Source of the DNA: Octopus vulgaris
Taxonomy: Eukaryota
NCBI GenBank assembly: GCA_951406725.2
Contig: OX597814.1
Location: 218,736,001-218,800,000, forward strand
Length of the DNA stretch: 64,000 nt
Direction of reading: 5' to 3'
Shown here: one piece after another, positions 10,875-23,732 of the stretch
Position numbering within the stretch: position 1 is the first letter of the stretch
Layout: each line of letters starts with the position of its first letter
Program-made: the position numbers and the translations under genes
The notes under the pieces: model-generated
Seen by the model: the letters and a program-made list of their open reading frames with translations, nothing else
Databases searched by the model: none
Told to the model about the DNA's origin: nothing

Positions 10875-11195
10875 CACACACATATATATATATACATATA
10901 TAATATGCATCTATATATATATACACATATGTACACATATATACATGCATAGTACATATATATATACATATATATTTACGTATATATATACACACATATA
11001 TATACATACATATATACATATAAATACACACACATATATATATATATATATACACATATATATATACACATATATACATATACACATATATACATCTATA
11101 TTTATACATACATATTTACACATATATAGATACACATATATACATGCATACATACATACACGCATACAACATACATATATACATATATGTATACA
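10817..11195. repeat. Degenerate (TA)n/(CATA)n microsatellite
   Basis: Direct read. Confidence 0.9.
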
Positions 11196-11377
11196 TCAGG
11201 ATAGATCGTTAGCCACTAGACACACTTTTTCTCTCCTTGTTTCTCTCCTTTTTTCTGTGTCCCTTTCTGTGGAAGGGCGTAGACTCGAAACATAAAATAC
11301 TTTTTCTATCCCTGAGCGTTATACTAATACACCTGTTTGTTTTGTACACCTGTCTTCGTCTTTTGTTTTTTCGTAAA

Positions 11378-11436
<59 letters not shown>

Positions 11437-11438
<2 letters not shown>

Positions 11439-12006
11439 GTAGGATAAAAATTTTTCGAAATTTTATTAAAAAATACCTTTAAATGTTAAATTTATAAATA
11501 ACTTATAAAATAAGGGCAAAAGAAAAATTCTAATGCCAAATATGCCGAAAATAGACAAATTGTCAATAACCATTATAATTTATAATTTATGCGTCTCGAA
11601 ACAAGCCGATAGAAATTTCTAAAAAATTCCGTTATTACCGTATTGGTCCCAATTTCAAAGTTAATTCATAAGAATTAGTGCTTGCTTTTTTCCATAGGTA
11701 TGAGTATTTCATTTATGTCTTATGTATTTATCGCCGAGGAGGAGAAAATTCTTATGAATTAACTCTGAAATTGGGACCAATACGGTGATAACGGAATTTT
11801 TTAGAAATTTCTATCGGCTTCTTTCGAGACGCATAAATTATAAATTATAATGGTTATTGACATTTTGTCTATTTTCGGCACATTTGGCATTAGAATTTTT
11901 CTTTTGCCCTTATTTTATAAGTTATTTATAAATTTAATCTTTAAAGGTATTTTTTAATATGCTGACCATTGATAAAAAATTTTTTCGAAAAAATTTTATC
12001 CTACAT
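11437..12006. mobile_element. Fold-back element/MITE with about 240-bp near-perfect inverted arms, inserted in (TA)n
   Basis: 11437-11676 is the reverse complement of 11747-12006 (few substitutions, one indel of about 20 bp). The spacer is 70 bp and TA lies on both sides. Confidence 0.9.
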
Positions 12007-12024
12007 TAGATATATATATATATA

Positions 12025-12714
12025 TGTAGTGAATCTTGCATGCATGATCCACCATACCCAAATTTAAATTAACACTGCAACAGAACTTTTCCCACGATGG
12101 GACAATGGTTTTCTCCGACAGCAGTTTTACATTTTCCAGATGCCTTTAGCTAGGCCGAAATTATGTCTTCACCACTTGACCCTTTCTAACTTCTTCTACT
12201 TTACCAAAAGCCAGAATAGAGATAACAAGACCACTAACTAAATCTATTGTTCTCAGTGATATATCTATCCTTCTGGATAGTTATATAAGCCAGCACATCC
12301 CAAGCAAAAATTAGTTTGTCACAGTCGTGACGACTCAACGAAGTTAGTCATCTTGGTGACAAACTCGTGAGTTGAGAGAGAGCTAATATCAGTTAGTGAA
12401 CCGACCACTAGAATCATGGAGGCAGGCAGACAAAACGGCCAGAGGGAAAAAGAAAGACAACGTCCCACACTCTCTCACTAGCTCTAATTCTGTTCTCTCA
12501 CAACATCATTCTATCTCTCTCTGTATTTACTACTAAACAGTGAAGAGGACAAACACAAACTTTACTTCGGATGCATTTGGATTTATAATAAGCTGTTCGT
12601 CGAGGCAAGGTATTGAGACGTAACGGTAAATAAATACTTCCTTAAAACTTCATGCATTGTTCATTTTACACATCCTACAGTAAGTAATTATAACAACAAA
12701 TTTTTATCGTTACA
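12025..12714 (+). mobile_element. Gypsy-type LTR (TG...CA) followed by a primer-binding site
   Basis: Starts TGTAGTG, ends GTTACA, has AATAAA at about 12628, and is followed 2 nt later by TGGTGACCCG (12717). A homologous copy with the same boundaries is at 38702-39376 (-). Confidence 0.8.
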
Positions 12715-13899
12715 ATTGGTGACCCGTGAAAAAGAATTGCTGCCTTCTGAAACTGCATTACCAACAGTCACAACTGTCAACACCGAGCAAAAGAATCGAT
12801 GCCTTTTGAAGGTGCATTACCAACAACTTGGTGAACCCGTGTAAAGAGAATTACTACCTTCCGGTGCTACATGTCGCTGCATTTTTACTGATTCGAACTA
12901 AAGGACTAGAATATCTACAGTCACTAAACCAAAGGAAAACGAATGACAACCTTCGTCACCACCAAGATGCACCCTCCATCGACCTGCTACAGAGAGCACT
13001 ATTCTGCGATGCAATCTACAATGCACTTCACAACAATGCAACACAGCCGACGCATAGAAACTTCAAGCATTACGTGACCAATACTGTCTAACAGAGAAAC
13101 TTTAATATCATTTGCCACTCCTATCTTTAACAAAAGAAATTAACTTATTTTGACCCGGTGGCACATGTCCCAGTAATTTCTCATAAATTTACAGCCAGAC
13201 TATCTCCTAATATACTAGTTGAGTGAGAAATATTTAATGTCGTAAGTAGAAAATTTTCAATAAATTAAAATATGAGGAGGGGAAAACGTTGGCTCATTGC
13301 TTAATGTTAATTAAATTTCGTTGTGGTAAAAGGCAACTACACCAAAATTTCAATAGCTTTGATTTTGTATTGTATATGCAATAAGAAAGCGGTAATTTGA
13401 TAATAAATTTTAATCTAATCTGACATTTGGCAATCCAGTAGTTATTCTAGATATGTTTCATGCTTATATACCCTCTTCAGCAATGCAAAAGTTTTCCCAG
13501 TGCTTACCTGATCTAAAGATAACGGTTTATTTATATCTTGATGTACATAAAATTACAGGAGCATACCACTAGTACTTAATGAATAGTAACTGTTATCAGA
13601 ATTCAGTGATTATCATAAAGTATGCCATGGGCAATGGAAATCCTACAGCTGTTATCAGTCAACCAATTTAATTCACTAATGAATACAGTTAACTAAGGGT
13701 CAAATGAATGAAAACTTAGACCTGGTAATGAAATCCGTTTTTTTTTTTCCGCCAGAAAAAGAATGGCGGTACCTATAGTCTTATTTCAAGAAACAGACGG
13801 ACAATGACAGGAAGTTATACTCAGACTATTGCTTGCTCATAAGGGCTGAGTGATAGCGTACAAGTGGACAATAAGTAAGTCCTGTCATCCCACAGCAGG

Positions 13900-16010
13900 A
13901 GTGGTACTTCCAATGGACTGTTACACAGTCTATGTTCACCTTCTTGCTTACAAATTTGGTCCACCCTCCCCAAAGCTTCATGAAAATTCGGGAGATCAAC
14001 ATAGATTTTATTAGCACAAAACAAGGGAGCTTAACAGCTTTAATGAGCTTCAGTTCTTTATTCAATCACCACCTTCTATTTTACCTGTCTGTGTGAAACT
14101 TTTCATACACTTTTCCATTTAATTTCTGGATTTTCTTGAATCAACTGGGTACGAAACTATCGGTTGAATATAATAATTTAAGCTCCAGTTGCTGCTCTGG
14201 ATTAGATATAGTAGGTCATATTTCTATAAATATAGTTAATATATCTCCTATCATGACACCACAGTAGTGGTGTCATGATAGGATATATTTTAGCCCTTTG
14301 CCTGTCCAAAGCATTTCCATAATTGATCCTAAACGTCCATGCTTGCTTTCAGATTTTTAGTTAGCTCCTGTTCCATTCGTTCTGAATAGTAAAAAGCCTT
14401 CCTTTCGTAGGTCCCAAGTCACTTTGGTGGCTGAAAAGAAGAGAAAAAGGAACGTGTATCACGTATGGTGCATGGACGCTAGGGAAATATGTTCAGTATA
14501 TCACTTGCGATACATAGGAAAGGCAAAGAGTTAATGCTCGTTTTCCTTTGTTAACAATTTATAATATCTCTTGTTCAGGTGAACTTGAAATGAATACATA
14601 TCAGAATAATGTTGGTCTAACGCGAATTGAAAGTCCAGCAACCCGAACAAGTGGAAATATAACGTCATGCCTCAGTTTTGTTATTAGAGACACATCTGAT
14701 ATCATTATGCAGAAGTTAAGTTAATCCTCTGATCTGCACCTCTGATCACGTAGTGATTTTTGGTTCATTTCAGCCGTTGATTTCTTGTCTTCTAATACAA
14801 TATTTCTAATTGTCAATGATTCTATTTCTCTAAATTACTCTCCTGTATTTATTGGAATTTAATTCTTTCCTGGAATAAATTCAAAATAATTTATTGTGAC
14901 AAATTCAAATGTTAATTCTTGATCAAAACGAAGGCACTCCAGGAATCGTTTTCCTGTGAGTAACCGTTTTTCAATGCAACTAAACGTAAAGCTAACAATG
15001 TAGGAACTTTGAAATTACATGCATCTAACAAATTACACAATTTCTAACTTGCTTTGGCCAAAGTTAGGAAATTAATGACATGATTATGTTAGAGGCAAAA
15101 AAGCTATGAATTTCTAATCACTAGTACCAATGTATCCGCTAGGATGAAATAAACACTATAGATTGGCACAAGTTAGCCTCATATCTTGGCAAGAAAGCTT
15201 CTGCGTCCATTCGGCCGCTTGTATATAATAACATTACCACCACAGAGCCACACACCAAGGCTAATCTTAATTATTACCTGTAAAGAATCTATCAGATCCG
15301 CAGCCTTCTTTGAACTTCTTTATGCTGACTATAAACTTCTATCAGATATGTCTTTTCCGTTCAGGATATTGAAGAAATTTAACATTCACGCGATTGCTCC
15401 ATACCCACGAAGCCAGGTGGAATTAGAAACTCGGTTGATGTAGCTCACTGTCTATACCTTTGTTTTTATTATTATGTCAATCAATTAATAAAGGTAAAGT
15501 TCCTGCAGAATGGAGGTCTGCCATTGATTTACCAACCTTCAAATATATAGACTGTAAATCCGATCCTAACAGCTTCAGACTTTTATTTCAAACGTTGAAG
15601 TTATCACACTTCCAGGGGCACACTTACTGTATTGATTTGTTAATTGGTGAATGTATTTCTGACTTTAACCTATTTTTTAGTCTTTCCGCGAAGAAAGTTG
15701 TCTCTTCACCAATTATTTCCAACGTTGGCAAACTGCTACAGCATTTAATCAATGACGCAATCTTGGATTTCTCATGCTCTAATAATTTGATTTCCTCTTC
15801 TCAATTTAGATTTCTACCTCTCCACTCAACCACAGATCAGCCTATTTATTCACCAAACGTCTTATCTTCCCAATAAAAGTGCTGCCTCTATCGTTCTTCT
15901 TCATTTGGCTGCAGTTTTGTTTTTATAAATATTGTACTGCAGCTGTTATTCAAAATTTTATTTACGGAATTCAAGGTCGTCTTTTTAGATGATGAGACAA
16001 CTTTCTCCTC
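13900..16010 (+). mobile_element. Highly degraded CR1/L2-group LINE ORF2 remnants
   Basis: 15460-15876 gives GKVPAEWRSA..LPTFK...KSDPNSFR and SNVGKLLQHLIN...NNLISSSQFRFLPLHSTTDQ (RT N-terminus). A possible APE motif EINIDF lies near 13990. The 5' boundary is uncertain. Confidence 0.6.
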
Positions 16011-16451
16011 GGAAGACATGTGGGAATGGACGCATGAAAGTTAAATAAAAACGAGGTGAGGGATGACTTTATACAATGAATATACTCAGCAAGTCAAATG
16101 CATGTGGGTGCAAATACTTCTCAATTTCCAGGACGTGCTTTTTTTTGCATGTTCAATGCCTTGTAATACATTTTTAGCTATCTTTTGTTATGTTTTTATC
16201 AATAAATAGTTACTTCTTTATTTATTATATTTCTGTATTATATTTTATTTAGTTGTCATAATATACTATACAGTATAGATTAATTTACAGTATACTACAG
16301 AGGAAGGATGGTTCAGTATTCTCGTTGAATACATGGAAGTTAGGGAATGGCATAGTAGCCACCGAGTGGCTTTATGAAGACTGATGTAAGGTCATGTGAC
16401 GTTAAGTTGAGTGTGTCCATGGATACAGATTCTCGCATTTCTCTGCATTCG

Positions 16452-16660
16452 CTTCAAATTTTGGCACAAGGTCAACAATTTGAAGAAGAGGGTAAATCGA
16501 TTAGATCGACCCCAGTACTCAACTGGTACTTATTTTATCGACCTCAAAAGGATGAAAGGCAAAATCAACTACGGCAGAATTTCAATTCAGAACGTAGCGA
16601 CGGACGAAATGCCGCTAAGCATTTTGTCCGGCGTACTAACGATTCTGCCAGCTCGCTACC
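16452..16660 (-). mobile_element. SINE family C (tRNA head plus Meta-like core)
   Basis: Reverse complement of GCGAGCTGGCAGAATCGTTAG...GCCTTTCATCCTTT...GTCGATAAAATAAGTACCAG. Confidence 0.8.
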
Positions 16661-16759
16661 TTCGCACTTTCATGCATTTGGGAGAAGATTGAGTGAAGTT
16701 GCTATTTTGTTCATTGTTTGAGGTGATGTGTTTCGAGAAAACTCTGCAGATCAGATGGG

Positions 16760-16990
16760 GGGGGGGCTGCGGAATGAACGAATACGTCTGGAAAGCGATG
16801 GTAGCAGAATGAAAGTTTGCTACGATGGTCAGACTGCAAAAATTGCAATACTATGGCCACGTTACGGGTGGGAGAACCAAAAACAGAGACAAAGACGAAG
16901 ATGGAGCTATGACATCAAAGACAGAATGAGAAGGATCCTGAAGAGTTGTGGCTATTTTTAAGGGTCTGACCTTCAGTCAGGATGGGCATA
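16760..16990 (+). mobile_element. RTE-like LINE 3'-end remnant
   Basis: YGHV and RQRRRWSYDIKD C-terminal motifs. Confidence 0.45.
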
Positions 16991-17897
16991 TTCCTTCCTT
17001 CCTTCTTTCAGTCAGTCATTGTTGTCGTAAAATAATACAGAATTTACTAGTAAGCTTGTATTTGATTTTAATATAATTATGGTTTAACATGAACCATTCT
17101 CACCTATCAATCTTGCAAAGTGAGTCGTTAACTGGGTCTAGCAGAGATTATGAGAGAGGTGCTCTTCTACTGCCCTACATTTTCTTCAATCATGAATCAG
17201 CCCCAAAGAAGTGAGTATTATTTTGTATTTTTCCTTGGCAAGAAAGTGATGCTATTGAATTATGCCTCTTCCTCACAAAGCGGCACTGCTGGGGATCGTA
17301 GAGGACTTCACTTATTTCCAGAATTTTCATTATGGGACATATCTATAAATTATGGGACATATCTATATAAGAAAATCGACAAATAAAAACATCCTTAAGA
17401 GATATAAAACTGCAATAGCGAAGTCAAGAAAACAGAAAATGCTACGGAATCGACTTAACTAGGAAGAGAAATGAAACTATGGTATAAATATACATACAAA
17501 CCATCACTCTTCATTCACTGAAAGTTTTGGATATGATAGTTTTGGAACAACAGCCTCTGGAACGGAGAGTTGCTGTCGTTGGTTCTCCTACAGTCAACTG
17601 CCCTTTCTTTCACTGCATTTTCAGGTCCTCTGGACAGAAAGCCCTTAAATGGCTTTTACTTCATACGTGTAAAGACTGGGTTGTCTTTTCTGGACCACGA
17701 GTCTCATTGTTCGTGTTTCTGCACTCATGACAGAACACAACGCCGGATTGACTGTGCGGCGTTAAGGAGTTAGAACGGCTTGCAAATCCATGTCAACTCC
17801 ACTCAAATACCTGTCCTTGTCGCCTCTGCACGAACAACTCGTCCTTCCTGTGTTGCAAAGGTAACTATGAGTTAATAAATCAATAATATTCCAAATT

Positions 17898-18113
17898 AAG
17901 GCGGCGATCTGGTAGGACCGTTAGCATGCCGGGCAAAACATTTAGCGGCATTTCATCCGTCTTTATGTTTTGAGTTCAAATTCTGCAAAGGTCTACTTTG
18001 CTTTTTTTTTTCCTTTCGGGGTCGATAAAATAAGTACCAGTTGAGCCCTGGAATCGATGTAATCGACTTGCCTCCTCCATCAAAACTGATGACTTTGTGC
18101 AGAAATGGGAAAC
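17898..18113 (+). mobile_element. SINE family C
   Basis: Family consensus match; imperfect TSD CAATAATAT(T/C)CC..AAAT. Confidence 0.8.
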
Positions 18114-18608
18114 CAATAATATCCCCAAATATCTCTAACAGTTACCTTCGTGTTGCACTGACCCGTGTATTGCGGTATAAACCTATTTCTCCTGGCCGTT
18201 TGCCTCGCCCTTGGTACTAAAAAGCAGGTACACATTCCTGCAGACTATGTTTCGCTCGATGGGTAAGATCTGTCCCGCACGTCGGCCAAAGTGTCCTTCA
18301 GTCCAGTCTTAGTGACCATATGGCAGAGACATATCAATTCTTTCCATGTCTGCTCTTCGACGAATTCATCAAACAAAGAGACAGATTCTCTGGTAACACA
18401 TTTCTGTGCCTTTCCCAATTATCAGTCGTCTTCTGTAGAATACTAACGTGGAACTTCCATTGGCCACATTATTTATCTATTTACAATCAACATCTTAAAG
18501 AAATTATGAGAAACACGGTAACGAAGAAGGAATAAAATATGTTGCCAAGATAGACTCGATCTGTTTTCTTTTAATTTTTTGTTATTTATCGTATCTTCAG
18601 TAAGATTC

Positions 18609-18992
18609 TTTTCTACTCTGGGCACAAGGCCCGACATTTTGGGAGAGGGGGCCAGTCGATTAGATCAACTCCAGTATGTTATTGGTACTAATTTATCGAC
18701 CTCGAAAGTATGAAAGGCAAAGTCGACCTCGGCGGAATTTGAACTTATGACGTTCAGACAGACGAAATACCTATTTCTTTACAACCCACAAGGGGCTAAA
18801 CACAGAGAGGACAATCAAGAACAGACAAACGGATTAAGTCGATTATATTGAACCCAGTGCGTAACTGGTACTTATTTTAATCGACCCCAAAAGGATAAAA
18901 GGCAAAGTAATTTTAACTCAGAACGTAGCGGCAGACGAAATACGGCTACACATTTCAACCGGCGTGCTAACGTTTCTGCCAGCTCGCCGCCT
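18609..18992 (-). mobile_element. SINE family C, composite (dimeric) form
   Basis: Two core units within one perfect 18-bp TSD, GTATCTTCAGTAAGATTC (18591-18608 and 18994-19011). Confidence 0.88.
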
Positions 18993-19138
18993 GGTATCTT
19001 CAGTAAGATTCAAATTAAGATTAGTTACGGATGACCAGGTTGCGGTATTTAGTTTCATCCATTTCATCCATTTATATTGTGTATAGAAATTCCACCGGAG
19101 ACATTTTGTCTATGAATCCTCTAGAGTCCATTCACAAA

Positions 19139-19175
<37 letters not shown>

Positions 19176-19199
19176 TTTGATAGGTTTCGGCCGGTATAG

Positions 19200-19500
19200 G
19201 CCCAGGCCATGTTTAACTCAATAGCACCACCTGGTGAAGTCTTTTAGTCATATATGGGGCACTGTGGCCCACTCTAGCAAAACGTTATTATTGTTGGAGA
19301 CATATCCGGGTGTAGGAGGTTGGTCCGGGATTTTTTGTCCAGTGAACATTTGAATTTAATGAGATTCGTTTCCTTTTTGATGTATTTTGGTATGGCATTA
19401 AAGAGAGCTGGAGCGGTTCAGGTAAAGTAATTGTGACGTAATGTTGCTATGTGTACCGAGTTCGATTTTTGTAGTGGGCGGGTAGCACGGGGGCCAACGG
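19200..19500 (-). mobile_element. CR1/L2-group LINE 3'-end fragment
   Basis: Translation TLRHNYFT*TAPALFNAIPKYIKKETNLIKFKCSLD, then PDQPPTPGY after a frameshift. Confidence 0.6.
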
Positions 19501-21169
19501 TAATGTATATTACTGGAGTCGTTTTAACTGAACGTCTCCGAAATTCGTGGTCGCATGCAAATATTAGAAATCAATGATTTTGTAACGGGCGGGTAGCCAG
19601 GAAAGTATAATAGAGTGGTTTCCCTTGACTCGCTTGCCAGCACGAAGATCAACATTTTACTGGGTGACACTTCGAAAGATACGTTGTTTCTGTTTCTTTC
19701 AAAGTCAATGTGACCAAGTAACTAAAATTAAGGGTTGAAATAGAGTCACAGACTTTGCTTACCATGGGTCTACTTTCTATTCTACAGTAGCCAGACTATA
19801 TAGACAATTTATAGAAAATATTTTAGGGACCGAAGTGACAGCTTAAGAAGACAACAACGACGACGATAACAACAAAACAACATTATTACAAAACAAAAGC
19901 TGCTACTTATATTGATAATGCTGATCCGACACAGCGATAATGTTAATAATGAATAACATGAAAAATAATTGACGAAATAATGAAAAGATTCATTATGTTG
20001 AGTGACAGAAAGAGCAGCGTGCTCAAATGCCTCACAGTATTTAGTAATAATCCATTAAGTTCTTATTTCAGATCTCATTGTATTAAAATTTTATTTTTCA
20101 TTCACCTGTGAGTCGATAAAATAAGCACCAACCATGAGCTGAGAGATCGACTCGGTCGAATCTACATATTGGCAGAGTCGATAGAGTATCTGACAGAATG
20201 CTTCGCAGTATTTGTTTCGACTATCTGCGCTTTGAGTTCAAATCCTATCAAAGTTAAGTTCTCATCTCTCAGCGTCGATAAAAAAGGATACCAATGTAGG
20301 GAGGTGGAGTAGCAGAATTGTAAGAACTTTGGACTGGATGCTTTGAGTATTTGCTCCGGCTTTTTACGTTCTGAATTCAAATCACAGCATGGCCGATATG
20401 TGTGGTATGTTTAACACCATACCCGGTTTAATACCACCACCTAACACCTCGGGTGCTTTTAGCAGAGTCCACTGTGTTGCAAACACTTGGACCAGGTTTC
20501 CAGTTTGAAGATACCTTCTTACCTCCCACGCATCAGTCTAGGCTTGTAATGTGTCTTGAGAACTGCCTCCCCTTCTGACTAAAATATAAAGAATGCAACT
20601 TGTTAATGTGAGGAGGGAACCTCTACGACAAGTATTGGCAATCTCTTTCGAGAAGTGGGCCGCATAAGACGTGGATCATCATCCGGCGAGCAGCACTACT
20701 TGAAAATTTCAAAGTAAATTTCGCTATGGGGTACCATTCAGAAAGTAACGTAGGCCGCAGGTTGCCCGTGGCTACTTTACGAGCTCCTTTGACTAGCTAG
20801 AAATAGCAGCCAACTATGCCTCTCTTCTTCTCTTCCTCTCCCTTTCTCTCCTCTATCACTCACACTCTACTCCCCCTCTCTCCTGCTCTCACCGCACTCT
20901 TTCTCCCTCTCTCCCCGTCTCTCTTAAATCACAAAGGACATATTGGATTAGCAAACTATATCCGACTGGAGGTGACCTGAAATTTAAAAAAACAACAACC
21001 AATGTATGAAGAGAGGTGAATATCATGGAATCAATGTTGGTTCCTAAAGAGCCGAATTTGCGATCTAGTTTTGATTTCTGATGGTAATATTTCACTTCTT
21101 TAAGGCGGCGAGCCTTGTGTCAAAATTGCTGGCTTTGTGTCAAAATTTGAAATCACTATTTCACTTCAA

Positions 21170-21380
21170 TAAGACGGTTAGCTGGCAGAATCGTTAGCGT
21201 GCAGGGCAAAATGCTTAGCAGCATTTCGTCCGTCGCTACGTTCTGAGTTCTAATTCTGCCGAGGACTTTATCTTTTATCCTTTGGGATCGATAAAATTGG
21301 TTCCAGTTGAGCACTGGGGTCGATGTAATCGACTTATCCCACCCTCAAAATTGCTGGCCTTGTGCCAAAATTTGAAACCG
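21170..21380 (+). mobile_element. SINE family C
   Basis: Family consensus match. Confidence 0.75.
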
Positions 21381-21449
21381 ATATTTCTCTTCGATAATGT
21401 TATTGCTACGACTGGAAAGCACATTAATACACATAAATAGAAGGCTTAA

Positions 21450-22025
21450 ATATACATACATACATACATACATACATACATACATACATACATACGTATA
21501 TACATACATACATACATACGTATATACATACATACATACCTACCTACCTACCTACCTACATACATACATACATACATACATACATACATACATACATGCA
21601 TACATACATACATATATACATACCTACATACATACATATATACATACATACCTACATACCTACATACCTACATACCTACATACATACATACAAACATACA
21701 TACATACATACATACAAACATACATACATATATACATACATACAAACATACATACATACATACATACATACATACATACATACATACATACATACATACA
21801 TACATACATACATGCATACATGCATACATACATACATACATACATACATACACACACACATACACACACATACATACATATACACATACATACATACATA
21901 CATACATACATACATACATACATACACACACACATACACACACATACATACATATACACATACATACATACATACATACATACATACATACATACATACA
22001 TACATACATACATACATACATACAA
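21450..22025. repeat. (CATA)n tetranucleotide microsatellite, about 575 bp
   Basis: Direct read. Confidence 0.95.
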
Positions 22026-22343
22026 CCCCCTCACCATATGCGTGTGTGCATATGTATGTGTGTATATATGTAATGAATTACACGGTCGGGAAATAAGGAA
22101 TGAAGTTTGTCTTATGAGGTTAATGTTAAATTCAAGTTACTCGGATTTGCGATAGGAACGATCCTGCGGCGAGAAGAGCTTCTTAAATTAATCTGAGAAA
22201 ATGGTACATGGTAAGAGTGGTATGATGTGGCATGCAGTTGCCGAATTCATTGGAGTAAAGGTTTGTGTTGTGGTAACAAAACATTAGCAAGCAATTGGAG
22301 AGAGAGATATTCCTTAATTTTACCAATGTGTTTACCGTTTTAC

Positions 22344-22726
22344 GGAGGCGCAATGGCCCAGTGGTTAGGGCAGCGGACTCGCGGTCGTAGGATCGCGGTT
22401 TCGATTCCCAGACCGGGCGTTGTGAGTGTTTATTGAGCGAAAACACCTTAAAGTTCCACGAGGCTCCGGCAGGGGATGGTGGTGATCCCTGCTGTACTCT
22501 TTCACCACAACTTTCTCTCACTCTTACTTCCTGTTTCTGTTGTACCTGTATTTCAAGGGGCCGGCCTTGTCACTCTCTGTGTCACGCTGAATATCCCCGA
22601 GAACTACGTTAAGGGTACACGTGTCTGTGGAGTGCTCAGCCACTTACACGTTAATTTCACGAGCAGGCTGTTCTGTTGATTCGGATCAACCGGAACCCTC
22701 GTCGTCGTAACCGACGGAGTGCTTCC
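22344..22726 (+). mobile_element. SINE family B, full length
   Basis: Near-identical to 7109-7491; TSD TTAC(C/T)GTTTTAC. Confidence 0.9.
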
Positions 22727-23349
22727 ACTTACTGTTTTACAGATAAAACTGTCTGGGCAGAATCAGCATAAGCTCTAGAATACGAACTCGGAGTTTTAGA
22801 ATCTAGTGTCTTATGGTCATTATGTTATTCATATTAATGATAATGAAATCATCGGGTCCCGTTATTTGCTCGTTAATTAAATTTTTCAGAAACAATGTAG
22901 CTAGAAATGTAAGAGTTGTTTCCCTTGCAACACGAACTCTGACTTGCACAGTTTCAATATAAAAATGTTGTCGATGATTATTTTCTCAACGGTTCATGTA
23001 AAAGTAGTTAATAAATCTGGCATGATTTTTATCTTTCTTTTACATCGAGAATGTTTTTGTCACGTTGTTAACCCATCTTTGCACTTGCATTTGTCATATT
23101 TCTGGCTAACATGTATCTCAGTTTTTCCACGACCTATATTTGGTCATTTTTCCATGTGTGTCAACTGGTAATCTTCCATATGAGTAATTACGAAACGGAA
23201 GATTAGGAAAGAACCAAAAGATGAACTGGAGAATTTTTCGTATCCTACTGCTTTAGAAGTCGTAATGGTGATTTTAATTGCAGCACTGCCGTTCACTCTA
23301 AGGATTACTTAAAGACGAATGCATACCTCTGACCGAGCCTCCACATCTT

Positions 23350-23732
23350 TTCTACAATAGGCGCGAGACCCGAAATTCTGAAGAGACGGCTAGTCAGTTG
23401 CATCGACTCCAGTGCTCAATTAGGACTTATTTTATCGACCCCAAAAGAATGAAAGGCAATGTCAACTGCGGTACAATTTGAATTCTGAGCGTAAAACTGG
23501 GGAAAATGCCACTAAGCCGCTTTCGATTTCAAATTTAGGCACAAAGTCTGCAGTTTTGGGGGAAAAGGAATTAAGTTGATTACTTCGACCCCAGTATTTG
23601 ACAAGTATTTTATTTTGTCGATAGGATGAAACACAAATACGTCAGCGGAGTTTGAATTCAGAGAATAATAATTCGGAAGACATATCGTAAAGTAAATTTT
23701 CCGCCACTCTAATGATTCTGCCAACTCGCCGC
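23350..23732 (-). mobile_element. SINE family C, two degenerate tandem copies
   Basis: Family consensus match. Confidence 0.7.

Noticed and set aside
13821-14065. Minus-strand 67-aa and 79-aa ORFs as a host exon
   Set aside because: No recognisable domain or splice context; the + strand fits a decayed LINE endonuclease slightly better.
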